A program made the position numbers and the translations under genes. Positions 11,995 through 25,617 of a DNA stretch of 64,000 nt are shown piece by piece. The DNA is from Octopus sinensis (lineage: Eukaryota): NCBI RefSeq assembly GCF_006345805.1, contig NC_043010.1, positions 63,116,001 to 63,180,000 on the forward strand, in the 5' to 3' direction. Each line of letters starts with the position of its first letter. Position 1 is the first letter of the stretch. The notes under the pieces were generated by a model. That model worked only from the letters and a program-made list of their open reading frames with translations. It searched no databases and was not told the DNA's origin.

Positions 11995-12727
11995 TGAATA
12001 ATAATAATTATTATTATTATCATCATTATTATCAACAAGGCAGTGTGGAGGCAGGATTGTAAGCACGCTGGGCAATATGTCTACCTGCATTCTGTCTGTC
12101 TTCATGTTCTAAGTTCAAATTCCACTGAGGTTGACCTTACCTTTCATCCTTTTGGAGATTGATAAGTACCAGTTGAATACTGGGGTTGAGGTAATCAACA
12201 AGACCCCTCCCCCAGCGGTGCTAGCTTTGTGCTAAAATTTGAACCCATTCTTCTTCTTCTTCTTATTATTATTATTATTACTCAGAAAGTGTTAAAGGCA
12301 GTCAGCCCTTCCTGTACAAGTTGCTGTCAGAATGTTTTGTCTTTTATCATTCGGAGTTAAAAATCTGGCTACAGTTGATCCTGTCTTTCATGCCCCTGGG
12401 ATCAAGTAATTTACCTTGCTCCAATTTGAAATATTAGACCCATCATCATCATCATCAACATTGCTTTGATGCCCAGTTTTCCATGCTTGCAAGGATCAGA
12501 TGAGATTCACTGAGACAGATTGTGCTACGGCTGGATGCTTTTCCTGTCATCAACCCTCACCCATTTCCAAGCAAAGTAGTGTTTCTCCCTCGTCTGGACA
12601 TATTTTCATAGAAGACTGCTAACAAATCATATTCCTTAGACTGGGTCTTTAGATTCACCTGTGACAAATACAATGTGTCTGTTCTCTCCCAAACACCGCA
12701 AAGCCTTATTTGGTTACGGCTAGGGTC

Positions 12728-13123
12728 CAGGGCCCAGTGTATAGAAATATAAGGGTTTAACACCAGGGCCCAGTGTACAGAAATATAAGGGTTTAACACC
12801 AGGGCCCAGTGTATAGAAATATAAGGGTTTAACACCAGGGCCCACTGTACAGAAATATAAGGGTTTAACACCAGGGCCCAGTGTATAGAAATATAAGGGT
12901 TTAACACCAGGGCCCAGTGTGCAGAAATATAAGGGTTTAACACCAGGGCCCAGTGTACAGAAATATAAGGGTTTAACACCAGGGCCCAGTGTATAGAAAT
13001 ATAAGGGTTTAACACCAGGGCCCAGTGTACAGAAATATAAGGGTTTAACACCAGGGCCCAGTGTACAGAAATATAAGGGTTTAACACCAGGGCCCAGTGT
13101 ATAGAAATTTAAGGGTTTAACAC
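12728..13123. repeat. 36-bp minisatellite, 11 copies
   Basis: Unit cagggcccagtgtayagaaatataagggtttaacac, nearly identical copies. It explains ORF 12557-13087 (ALVLNPYISVHW repeat). Confidence 0.95.
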
Positions 13124-14342
13124 AGACATCAGAAATGAGAGGATTAAATTGTCACAATCAACTGACTTGGGGCCCCAGAGCTGTTGTTATTTAGTATTAG
13201 GTAAACCCTGATCAAAGGAATTCCATCCGTGACCATCCAATCTTTTGTAAGGAACCCAAAGCCATATCCTTCAGTATCTTTTTTGAAGAGAAAAAGGTGA
13301 GATCTGAAGGGAGTTTAGGCTGCTATTTTTAGCGCTCTGAGTCATCATGCAGAAGTTCTCTGAACAAATGAGATGATGATTGGTACAGAGTAAGTGGAGT
13401 GGGGTGGGGACAGATGTCACTTCACTACCACCCAGGGGCCAATGAAGAGGAGTAAGTGAAGAAAGAGTAAACAGTCATAAATATATATGGGATGGGGGGG
13501 AATAATTTCTAAAAGAGGTGCAATGAGGGGGGAGGGGTGGGTGATTACCCCCTTCGGCATTCAGATTATTCTGTCAAATGTAATCCTTATTTATTCCCAT
13601 TGTTTTGGATTAATCATGGATTATCTTGCTGCTTTGGGACTTTGATGGTGTGATTGTTTATGGTTTGAACGACATTGTAGGATAGGTATGAGAGGTCAGA
13701 GCTGGACAGTTTGAATGTAAATCAGGGAGAATATTTAAGCTGGATGGACCGAAGTCTGTGCAAAGATTTGTTTCCAGTGATGAGAAGGGTGCACAATCCT
13801 TTACAACACACCTGGACTTATCCACAACTGGCCCAACGGCGAGGAAGAGATCCAGGGCATCTGGGATTAGGGACCGTGTCCACAGTATGTAGTGGATTGC
13901 CTTGGCTTTGTCCGGTTGTAGCTAATAGCAACATGAAACAGAACTAGTCTCCAAATGCCGGACAGGCACAGAGTGTGTGTGACCAGAGGAGTTTAAATGT
14001 TAAAGGCTCAAAATGGACTCCCACCACTGGACTGCTGCATAATTTTATTGACCCCTAAAAGAATGACCAGCACAGTTGACCTTGGCAGGAATTGAACTTA
14101 GAACATAAAGGACCTGGAAAAAATTCAACAAGGCAGTTTGTATGATGCTCTCCTGATTCTGCCATTTCTCTATCTTCAATAATAAAGATGGATTTTTCAT
14201 TAAGGTATAAAGCCAGGATTTGGAGGGGATAGAGGTTAGTAGATACCATGGACCCCAGTACTTTCCTGGTACGTTATTTTATCAACCAAAGAGGAATGAA
14301 AGCAAGATTGACCTCAGCATGATTTGAACTCAGATTATGAAG

Positions 14343-14566
14343 CAGTGGCTCTCAACCATTTTACTACCTGGGCCAGATCCAAAACCTGGATCTTTTTAGG
14401 GGGCTGTACCAAAAAAAAAAAAAAAAGAAAGAAAAAAAACAAAAAAAACAAAAAAAAAGAAAAGTAAAATGCAAGTCAATTAAAGAAAAATTTATTATAT
14501 TTATCGCAGGAGGACCATTGAGGGCCACATGAGGCCCTGGGGGAGGTCCATGGTTGAGATTCACTG
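14343..14566. mobile_element. hAT-type MITE inserted in a SINE-A copy
   Basis: cagtggctctcaacc ... ggttgagattcactg termini interrupt gaactcaga|gtaaagagtcag. Confidence 0.7.
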
Positions 14567-15041
14567 ATGTAAAGAGTCAGACGAAGTACGGTGAAATATC
14601 TTTTCCAATGTGCTAACAGTTCTGCCATTCGCACCATCTTATAATAATAATAATGACAATAATGATAATAATCCTTTCTATTATAGGCACAAGGCCTGAA
14701 ATTTGTAGGGAGGGGATCAGTCGATTACAATGACCCCAGTGTTTCACTGGTACTTAATTTATCAACCCTGAAAGGATGAAAGGCAAAGTCGACCTCAGCG
14801 GAACAACAATAATAATTATAATGGTTTCAAACTTTGGCGCAAAGCCAGCAATTTTTTAGTGGGAAGGAGGGTCAGTTGATTACGTTGACCCCAGTACTTG
14901 ACTGGTACTTTATTTTATTGACTCTGAAAGGGTGAAAGGTAAAGCTGCCCTCAGCAGGATTTGAACTCAGAAAGTGAAAGAGTCAGAACAAATACTGCTA
15001 AGCAATTTGATGTTGTAACCCACTCAACTAATTCACTTTGC

Positions 15042-15076
<35 letters not shown>

Positions 15077-15923
15077 TTATAGTAATGATTATTTTATACA
15101 AGACGAGTGGATGGTGATGATGGTGGTGATGGTGATGCTGGTGATTGACCCTAGGTCAACCTGGAGTGAACAGACCAATGGTCAAAGATGTTCCAGCCAG
15201 CCATGACACACCTGTCATTTATTCAGTTTTAGAGTGTGGCCGAGGATGTGATTTGAGGGAGATTTAGCTGTAATTTCTGGCATCTTGAGTGACCATGTGG
15301 AGGCTCCATTGTTGGCTCATGGCAACATTGGTAGAAAAGGTTTCAAGAGAAGACAAGAGAGGAGAAAGAGGCAGAGCGGGAGGAGAAAGACAGGAAATAG
15401 TATGTAATGTTAAGGTTTAGACAGAGACAATTCCACAGACCTGCAGTGAATTCTTTGTGAGGGTTTTGATATGTTTTTGAAATCTATATTACATTGTATA
15501 GTATTATGCATTTTTGGATATTATATTTGCAGCTCTGTTCAACGAAAATCTTGCTAAACTTTGGTAGAACATATCTGTCTTTACATAAGTATATACACAT
15601 AACTGCTTGCACACCGACACATCGATTCCACAGAATGAAGAATGTGGAACAGTTCCACCAATTGAAAACATGGTTTTTTTTTTTTGGGAAATAAAACTAA
15701 AGAACAAATGTAAAAAAAACCTTTTAAATATAAAGAAAAATTTAAATAAAAAAATACTGTCCAATGATTAAAAAAATTAATAAAATATAAATATAAAAAT
15801 TATATAAAAAAAGATTTCTACAAAATTCTATTTTGGTTTATTTTTCTTTCTTTCTAAAATATTTTAAAACATCAAAACGTCCATTTTAGAATAGAATGTA
15901 TGTATATAAACACACACACACCC

Positions 15924-15960
<37 letters not shown>

Positions 15961-16129
15961 TACACATTCATTCACATATATTATGCTTGTATGTACAGCT
16001 AAGCAGTACAACCCTACACAGACACACACACACACATATATACAAATATATAAACAAATAAACATGACAATTTATATAGCATGTTGCACAGGTGTCATTA
16101 ACCTCCCAACCATGCCAGACCAGCAAAAT

Positions 16130-16570
16130 CATTAAAGTACAGCAAACCAGGGCAAACTAAATCGTTCTTAAAATAGTCCAGTCCAGTTTACAGCTCTCTT
16201 AATCAGACCATTCCAAAACCATTTTTCAGTGCAAAACCAGACCAAACTGGTCTGCCTAGACTAGACCAGACTGGCCCAACCTCAACCAGTTTAGACTAGC
16301 CCAGATGAAACCAGTTTAGACAGAATTCAGATCAACCTTAGCCAGTTTAGATGACATCAGACCACGTCAGTTTAGACAAGGTAGAATCAGCTTCAACCAG
16401 CTTAAACAAGATCTAATTTAGTCGGTTGGACAAGATTAGACCAAATCAATTTAGACAAGACCAGATTAGCGTGAACCAGCATACATTAGACCAGCTCATT
16501 CCAAACCAGTTAAAACCAGTTTAAACATTTACAAACAGATTCAGTATAGTCCAGACCTTAAGGCCAGACA
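16130..16570. repeat. Highly degenerate tandem repeat with an accagtttagac-like core
   Basis: ccagtttagac, agaccag and aaaccag recur roughly every 20-30 bp. Confidence 0.6.
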
Positions 16571-17278
16571 ACAAAAAGTCAATAAGCTATATATATATAA
16601 TACATATATGTGTGTGTGTGTGTGTGTGTGACTGACCATAAAGGAAGCAAGAGGAATATAAAGTAGTTCACATGACAACAGACTAATCTACGAGGAAGGG
16701 GATGTGAGAATAGAATGGTTCTTCGGTTCTTCTCTCTTCTCAAGAGTTTCAGAGTCTTTTAAAAGAAAAAAAAAACAAGTGTCCAATTGGTGAAACATTG
16801 GAAGAAAAGGTTTAAAAAAAAAAATGAAACATTTCATTTCGTCTGTTAATGGTGCAATCCTTTAAGTTTTGTGAATGGTCAGGAGAAAAAAAAAAGACAA
16901 AAATAGATGGGAGAAAAAATGGTAAAAAAAAAAAAAGTAAAATGACAGCAGTTGTTATAAAGACAATATTCATGGAGATTAGAAGGGTCCAGGGGGATAA
17001 ACAGTTGAGTCTTTGGTTTGTTTTGTTTTTATTATTATTATTATTTTTATTTTTTGCATCAGGAGGGGGCAATCCCTCTTCCCTTCATTTTCTGATTTCA
17101 AAGTGTTTAAAAATGTGACTTTTTTTTCTTTTTGGTGTCATTTCTTTCAGAGCTCTCTCGCCCCGATTCAATTTAAATTATCAATTGCATTTTTTTCTTT
17201 ATTATTTTCACTTATTTTCCATTAAAAAAATGTTTTCATTTCATTTTAAACAATACTACATTCATATACATAAAGTAT

Positions 17279-17335
<57 letters not shown>

Positions 17336-17739
17336 CATGTGTGTGTGTGTATATATATATATATATACTTATATATTTGTGTGTGCATCTGTATATACAT
17401 ATATTAATATTTTCTTTTCGACTTCTTGTTCTTTGGTTTTCTTATTTGGCTTCTTTGCGTTTCATCAATTATTTTTCTGTCGTTCAAAACCTCAACATTT
17501 CAAATAAACAGCAAGAATCTACACATGTATGTGTGTGGAGGGGAGGGGCACATGTTTTCATTGGTTGCTCATTGTTTGAAATCCAAACATCTTCACAGCA
17601 CCGAGGATGTTGTGGCTATGCTCCAGTCTTTACAAACGGATCAAGTGATTGTCTTGGCAGTGGAATTATAACAAAACAGATATTCTCTGATATAGTAATA
17701 CGATAACAACACAAATAATAATAAAAAAAAAAAAATAAT

Positions 17740-18580
17740 TATTATTATTATTATAGGCACAAGGCCTGAAATTTGGGGGGGGGGAGGGAGCAAGTCCATT
17801 ACATCAACCCCTGTGTGTAACTGGTACTTATTTCATCGATGCCAAGAGGATGAGAGGCAAAGCTGACCACGGCAGAATTTCAATTTGGAACATGAAGACA
17901 GACAAAATGCCGCTAAGCATTTCGTCCAGTGTGCTGACGATTCTGCCAGCTCACCACCTTAATAATAATAATAATAATCCTTTCTACTATAGGCACAAGG
18001 CCTGGAATTTTGGGGAGAGGGTTAGTCGATTATATCGAACCCAACACTCAACTGGTACTTAATTTATCAACCCCAAAAAGATGAAAGGCAAAGTCGACCT
18101 CGGTGGAATTTGAACTCAGAACGTAACGGCAGATGAAATACTGCTAAGCATTTCGCCCAGTGAGCTAATGTCTCTTATTTCTTTACTGCCCACAAGGGGC
18201 TAAACATAAAGGGGACAAACAAGGACAGACAAAGGGATTAAGTTGATTACTTCAACCCCAGTACATAAATGGTACTTATTTAATTGACCCCAAAAGGATG
18301 AAAGGCAAAGTCGACCTTGGTGGAATTTGAACTCAGAACGTAATGACAGACGAAATACCCATTTCTTTACTATCCACAAGGGGCTAAACACAGAGAGGAC
18401 AAACAAGGACAGACGGATTAAGTCGATTATATTGACCCCAGTGCATAACTGGTACTTAATTTATCGCCCCAAAAGGATGAAAGGGGAAGTCGACCTTGGT
18501 GGAATTTGAACTCAGAACGTAACGGCAGACGAAATACTGCTAGGCATTTCGCCCGGTGTGCTAACGTTTCTGCCAGCTCA
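17740..18580 (-). mobile_element. Head-to-tail cluster of tRNA-derived SINE family A copies
   Basis: Repeated ggatgaaaggcaaagtcgacc / ggaatttgaactcagaac body (reverse of the B box gagttcaaattcc) with two tail types. Confidence 0.85.
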
Positions 18581-19184
18581 CCACCTTAATAATAATAAAA
18601 CTAATAAAATTTTTTCTAATTTTGGCACAAAGTCAGCAATTTAGGGGATAGTGGATTACATTGAGTCCAGTAGGTGACTGGTACTTTAATTTGTTGACCC
18701 TGAATGAAGGAAAAGCAAAGTGAACCCTAGTGGAATTGGAACTCACAGTAGAAAGACCCAGAAGAGATGCTACTGAGCATTTATTCCAACGTACCAACAA
18801 TTCCGCTAGATTGCTGCCTTAAATGGTTTCAAATTTTGGCACAAGGCCAGCAGTTTTTAAAGGAAGAATTAAGTTGATTATATCAACCCCAGCGTTTGGC
18901 TGGCAGTCTTTTTTTATCAAGCCCGAAAATAAAGAGAACAAAGTTGACCTCAGCAGGATTTGAACTCAGAACAAAAGGAGCCACAACCAATAGCACAAGC
19001 CATTTTGTCTGACGCTCTAATGATTCTGCCAACCCTACATATTTGCGAATTTTATAATAATGACTTTTATAATAATAACTTCATCACATTTCCATGTGAT
19101 GGTGATGATGTTGGTGGGATCAGTCAATGATAAAGACCCCAGTATTTGACCGGTATCATATTTATTTAATCAACCCCCCTGGAG

Positions 19185-20360
19185 TAGTGATTCTCAACCA
19201 AGGTCCACATGACCCTTGGGGGTCTATTTAAGAATTTGCTGTTCAAATTTATCTGCAATAAATTGGGTCTTCCCATAAATAATACGGTTTTTCTACACTT
19301 CTTTTATTTTTCAAAATTAAGATTAACAAAATTCTTTTTTAATCTAAAATATACTTTCCTTCATTTTCCACAATGCTCTTCCATCTATCTGGTAGACTTG
19401 CAAGGCCCCTCTTTCAAAATTCACTAGTCCATGATGAAAAACACTCCTCCAGTACTGCTCTGACCTTGTCTACAGAATTCATATTTTTTTCTGCCCAAAT
19501 AATTTTGAAGATGGCATATTAAATGGTAATCAGATGGAGCAATGTCCAGCAAATATGGTGAGTGGGTCATCATTTCCCAATCAAACTGCTCCAGCCTTTT
19601 GAATGCCATCTTCACTGTATGTAGCCAAGCGTTATCCTGATGGAAGAACATTTTTGTCTTGAAACCAAAGATGATCGTTTTTTCTTCTAGCACTGACTTA
19701 AATGACTGGTTGAATGACCAAATCCAAGCTTCTCTGTTCATTCCTCGACAGTTATGATGAGATTTTATTCCACCACGGTTTGCAGGACGTCCTCATCGAG
19801 CTCTACAGATCTTCCAGGACAAGGCTCAGCTTCTAGGTTGTAGTTTCCGGCTCAGAATATCTGGAACCATCGTTGACACTGGCTTACGCTTACTGTCTGA
19901 TCCCCATATACTATATTAATGTTCCTCACACTTTCCATTGCATTGTTGTCTTTATTGTACTCATAAAGCAAAATATGCCAAATATGCTCCTTTGTCACTT
20001 TCATTATGGCTTTGAAAAAAATAACTTAAAATCGAACTGCACTCTTCAAAACTTGCACTAAGAATAAGCACAAGGTAAAAATACTACCTGCTTTCATAGC
20101 AAGTTGATGCAAGTAGTTTATCCCATCCCCTTCCGACTTTTAATTCATGAAACTGAAAAAACCGCATTATTTATGGGATGACCCAAGACTTCTAAAATAC
20201 ACAAAATGTTTTAATAATTTTAAAAAATAAAATTTCTGATAATATTTAATAATAAAAACATAATGTTAGGATTTTGAAAACACCGAATGGTTATGAGGGT
20301 TCATTCAAGTGAAATAGGAATTGAAGAGGTCCATAGGAAGGAAATGGTTGAGAACCACAG
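19185..20360. mobile_element. hAT-type MITE with an 8-bp TSD, carrying a nested mariner
   Basis: Termini tagtgattctcaacc / ggttgagaaccacag; TSD ccctggag (19177-19184) / ccctggaa (20361-20368). It interrupts a SINE-A remnant. Confidence 0.75.
19263..20186 (-). mobile_element. Internally deleted, decayed mariner transposon
   Basis: TIRs ttgggtcttcccataaataatacgg / ccgcattatttatgggatgacccaa. The minus strand encodes KEHIWHILLYEYNK (N-terminus), CQRWFQIF..GRSVELD (HTH), then after a deletion HQDNAWLHT and HSPYLLDIAPSDYHL (catalytic region). Confidence 0.9.
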
Positions 20361-20639
20361 CCCTGGAAGGATGAAAGGAAAAGTGGGTCCAAGTGAGACA
20401 GCCATGTAGGGCTCCTCTGTCATGTAACAATATTTTTCTGATTTTGGTATCAAGTCACCAACTGGTAGTGGGGGTGGGGAGATGAGCTGAAGTTAATGAA
20501 GCCCAGTATATGACTGGTACAGATTCTATAGCATCTGGTCAGGATGAAAAGCAGGAGGTCGAACTTTGCAGTAGACAAGATGGAAGTGACTAAATACTGA
20601 CTGCAATGCAGGAGACCCAGGACTATATTTTCTCTGCCA

Positions 20640-20975
20640 TTTCTGGTGATGGTGGAGGTGGTGATAATGATGATGGTGATGGTGAAGGAATTGGCAGAGG
20701 TGGTGATAATGGTGGTGGTGGTGATGTTAGTGGTGGAGATGGTGGTGATGATGATGGAGGATGTGGCAGAGGTGGTGATAATGGTGGTGGTGAGGGTGGT
20801 GATGATGATGTTGGTGGTGGAGGTGGTGATGATGATGTTGGTGGTGGTGGTGGTGATGATGATGTTGGTGGTGGAGGTGGTGGTGGAGGTGGTGGTGATG
20901 ATGATGTTGGTGGTGGAGGTGGTGGTGGTGGTGATGATGATGTTGGTGGTGGTGGAGGTGGTGATGATGATGGTC
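20640..20975. repeat. (GGT)/(GAT) trinucleotide low-complexity tract
   Basis: Read directly; source of the Gly/Asp- and His-rich ORFs. Confidence 0.9.
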
Positions 20976-21624
20976 TAGGAATAATAGTCGACTGAACTCA
21001 TTCCAGTGTGTGTGTGTGTGTGTGATAGATAAAAAGACAGAGAAAGTGTGTGCATACACAGAAACACACATATATATATAGAAGTATGTGTGTGTGTGTA
21101 GATATGTATATAAATGTGTAATATATAAGTATAAATGTATGTATATATATATATATATATATATAGTGTGTGTCTGTATGTGTGTTGTGAATAACTATTT
21201 GCTACACCTCACATTCTACACAAGCACATACATTTACACAGCCATACATACACACACACACACTCACTAAGAACCATCTAGAACATCTTTGTCACATTGC
21301 ACACAATGTGAAGGGGAAGGCAAGTGTTGCGTTAGGAATTAAAATAAATAAATATTTCAAAATCAAAAAAAAAAAAATAATAAAATAAAAATTAAAAAAA
21401 TAAAAAATAAAATTCAGAAACTGAACATTTCTGAGAAGAAAATCTTAGATCAAATTCTTTTTCCATATTTTTTTTTTTACCTTCTCTTTTTTTTGAAAAT
21501 TTGTTTGTTTTTTGGGGGGGGGGTTTTTTTTTCTATTTTCGTTCTGAACATTGTTTTGTTTACAAAATATTAAATTTCCAAAAATATTGGCCAGCATCTC
21601 ACAGATGGCTGCATAGCTTCCTAG

Positions 21625-22100
21625 AAACCACCATCACCACTATCATCATCATCATCATTATTATTAGAACTACTATCACCACCACCACCATCATCATCAT
21701 CAATATTATTACTATAGAACCTTACCATCATCATCATTATTAGAACTGCTTTCACCACCACCACCACCACCACCACCACCACCATCATCTTCAATATCAT
21801 TACCAACAATATCACCACCACCACCATCATCATCAATATTATAACTATACAACTTTACCATCACCACCATCATCACCACTACCATCATCATCATCATTAA
21901 AACCACTACTACCACCACCACCACAATCATCATCATCATCATCAATGGTATTATTATTATTATTATCATCAACAAGCAACTTCACCACCACAACCACCAC
22001 CCTCTCAATGTTTTTGCAACCACAATCACCATCATCATCATCATCATCATCAATATTATGATTGCCACCACCACCACCACTGCCGCCGCCACCGCCACCA
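21625..22100. repeat. (CAT)/(CAC)/(TAT) compound trinucleotide tract
   Basis: Read directly. Confidence 0.9.
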
Positions 22101-22844
22101 CTGTTAATTTAAGGTCAATCCATGTTAAACTGTTCCATCAATCCTTGAACGGGTGACAGAGAGGTGCTTCGCCAACATTTGAAGCCGTGTTGACTCAGAA
22201 GGTCTGCAGTTGGCTGTTGTTGCTGTTTGGTGTATGTGTAGGTGGTGGTGTGTGTGCATGCGGCTGTGCATGTGTGTGTGTGTGTGCTGTAAGGTGGTGT
22301 TGTTGTCTTATGTGTTTGTGTGTATATGACATGCTGTATGTGTGTGTGAAGTTGTTGTACGTGTTTGTGTGTGTGTGTGTTGTGTGTGAAGTTGTTGTTG
22401 TACTTTTGTCTCTACTGAACAAAGTTAAACACAAACAGAATCGCTGTTCCTTCACACAACAATACTGTTTAACCCTAGGTTCAAGCTTGATCAATTTAGA
22501 TATATGATCAAAAAAGCTCTCCAGCCATGACCACCTTGTTATATAAAGAGTGCATAGTACTACTTTACTATAAAGAATACATTACTTAATGGGGGGAGGG
22601 GGGATCCCTAATTTAAGACAGTAGGGTGTGATCTCCAAGAGATTTGGTTGCTATTTCTAGCAAGTATAGTGATCATATAGAGGCTCTTTAACTGGCTCTG
22701 TGCATCTAGGACTACATTATACAATGTGTCCTCTTTCCTAAGATGGCTGAATGTGATTTGAGGGAGACTTAACTGCCATTTTTTGCAGGTCAAGCAACAC
22801 TTTAGAAGCAACCTCACTGGTAAGAACCATTGGTGGTGGTCATG

Positions 22845-22875
<31 letters not shown>

Positions 22876-24791
22876 CAGTAATTTTTAATATAAGCACAGA
22901 AGCAGGGAGGGGGGGCAGTCAACAATTAAATTGACCTGGTACTTAATTGGTACTTTATTTAATCAGGCCCCTAAAAGGACGAAAGGCAAAGTTGCTGAGC
23001 TTAACACGATTTCAACTGAGAATTCAAAGAGGCAGAAGAAAAACCCTGAACACCTTGGTCGAATGATGACGCTCTATCGATTCTGCCAGTTCACAGCATC
23101 AATAACAATTCTGATGGCAAAAGAAACTGGAGAAAAATATTGGGGAAAAAGATGAAGGAAAAATAAAGACAGAATTTAAGTGAGTTTCTGCCTAAGACAT
23201 TGTTTTATGTTATGATGTCTGTGTGAATGACACCAGATATGTGTGTGTGAGTGTGTGTGTATGAGTTGGTGTGAGTATGAGTTGTGTGTATATGAGTTGG
23301 TGTGTGTGTGAGTTGGTGTATGTGTGTGTGTATGAGTTGTGTATGTATGAGTTGGTGTGTGTGTGTGTGTGTATGAGAAGGTGTGTGGCCTAGTGGTTAG
23401 GGTATTGCACCAACAATTGCTAGACCATGGGTTTGATTCCCAGACCAGGCGGCAAATTGTGTTCTTGAGCAAAACCTTTCATTTCATGTCGACCTCGGCA
23501 GAATTTGAACTCAGAACGTAGCAGCAGATGAAATACCGCTAAGCAGCTTCACCCGGTGTGCCAACGTTTTTGCAAGACATCTTGCCCCTGGTCCTCCTGT
23601 CCTAGGTATGCTCCTGTTCCCTTACATGTCATCGTTAACAATGTACTAATGGAAACCTTTAATAAGAAAGGCCCCTTTCTAGCAAGACAAGGAACTACAC
23701 TGGTGGTGGTGGTGGTGGTGGTGGTGGTGACGGTGAGGGTCCAGTTAGCACATTCAATGGTTTTCTTCCTAGAGATTCTGGCTTGCCCAGTGGCCAGAAT
23801 CTCCCAACTTCATCTTAACCATTTGAACCGGCAGACTGTAAAAGCCCAATACCAGTTGTAGAAATCAGTGCCAGCAACAGGATATGAACCCCTTCACTCT
23901 TTAACCAATATTGCACTGCTGAGGATATCAACAAGCCCCTTAAACAAGTTAATCAGCTCAAGTTACCTCAACAAAAGAAACTCAACTTCAAGTCGATGAA
24001 TTCATTTCAATAAATTCCGTTTCAATAAAACATTGTTGCTTAACGCTAGGTCAATAGGTCAAACCACAGAGCAACCCTATGATAAAAGACTTTCCAGATA
24101 TGACCACTCCATCAAACTTTCAGGGTCATATAATTCAGTGTATCCTTGACAGTGAAGCATTAGTTTGAAAAAAGATTTGGCTGCTACTTCTAGCAGACCC
24201 ATGACTACATAAAAGATTCCTCATTGACTTAATATTGTTATGGTGATGGTGGGTGGTCATGGTGGAACAGTAAACAAAATAGTTTAAAATATTTAGCTAT
24301 GGTAAATTAAGTTATGGGTTCAAACCCCACCAAGGGTGACTGTAGTTTTCATCTTCCCGGGACTGATAAAATGAAGTACAAATCATTATAAAGGAGGGGG
24401 AGGGGGTTAGCAGAACTGTTCCGAGTCGGAACTGGGTTGATGTCCAGGTCTGCCATTCGTACATCCAGGATTAGTTAAACCTCCAAGCGCCAAAACAGCT
24501 GCCTCTGAACTTTAAGGACCAGTTCTTATACTAGAATATATCTTTGTCTGTCAACCCCATGCAAACATGGGAAAACAGATGAATGGTGATGATGATGATG
24601 ATGATGATGAGTATGGCAAAGGCTTAGCAAAGTTATTCTGAGCTCAAATACCACCGAGGTCAACTTGGCCTTTCAAACCTTTTGCCATCAACGAAAAGAA
24701 CCAATCAAGCACTGCAGTTGATACAGTCAACTATCCTCTTCTCTCCAAAATTTTGCTGGCCTTGTGCCAAAATTAGAAAGAATTATTATTA

Positions 24792-24828
<37 letters not shown>

Positions 24829-25477
24829 GGCGAGCTGGCAGAATCATTAGCACGCCGGGCAAAATGCTTAGCGGTATTTCATCTGCTACTACATTCCGAG
24901 TTCAAGTTCCGCTGGGGTCGACATTGCCTTTCATCCTTTCCAGGTCAATAAATTAAGTACCAGTCAAGTACTGGGGTCGATTATCCCCCTTCTCACAAAT
25001 TTGCTGCCCTTGTAGCAAAATTTGAAACCATTATTACTATTATTATTATAAAGGCAGCCAGCTTAAAGCATGCAGTAAAAAATAGCATTTTGTCCAAGTT
25101 TAAGTTTTGACCTCCCATTCCACTGAGGTCAACTGTGCCTTTCATCTTTTGGGGATCAACAGAATAAGCACCAACCGAGCAATGGGGTCGATGTCACTGA
25201 CTATCCACCTCCCCGAAAATGTCAAGCCTTGTGCCTAAGGATTAGCATAATCTTTAAAATGGTGATCTGGTAGAATCCTTAGCACATGGGGACAAAATGT
25301 TCAGCAGTATTTTTTCCAAACTCTTTATGTTCTGAGTTCAGTTCCTGACAAGGGTCCTTCTTTAAGGGCCAATAAAATAAAGTACCAGTCAAGTACTGGA
25401 ATCATGTAATATTGGTTTCATATTTTAGCGCAAGGCCAGCAATTTTGGAGAAACAGGGTAAACCAATTACATCGACC

Positions 25478-25617
25478 CCAGTGTTCAACTGGTACTTATT
25501 TTATCGACCCCATAACAATGACATTGACTCCAGTGTTCAACTGGTACTTATTTTATCGACCCCGTAACAATGACATTGACTCCAGTGTTCAACTGGTACT
25601 TATTTTATCGACCCCAT
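25478..25617. repeat. 52-bp tandem triplication inside a SINE-A copy
   Basis: Unit ccagtgttcaactggtacttattttatcgaccccrtaacaatgacattgact, about 2.7 copies. Confidence 0.85.

Noticed and set aside
12557-13087. 176-aa repeat protein
   Set aside because: It is a by-product of the 36-bp minisatellite, with no start context or splice support.
17185-17706. 173-aa ORF or exon HRGCCGYAPVFTNG
   Set aside because: It is mostly T-rich and microsatellite sequence, with no recognisable domain or convincing donor.
20606-20995. Gly/Asp-rich 129-aa protein
   Set aside because: It is coextensive with a GGT/GAT trinucleotide tract that is open in several frames.
23556-23940. Unique-looking segment with short open frames
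   Set aside because: There are stops in the best frame, no motif and no splice pair.
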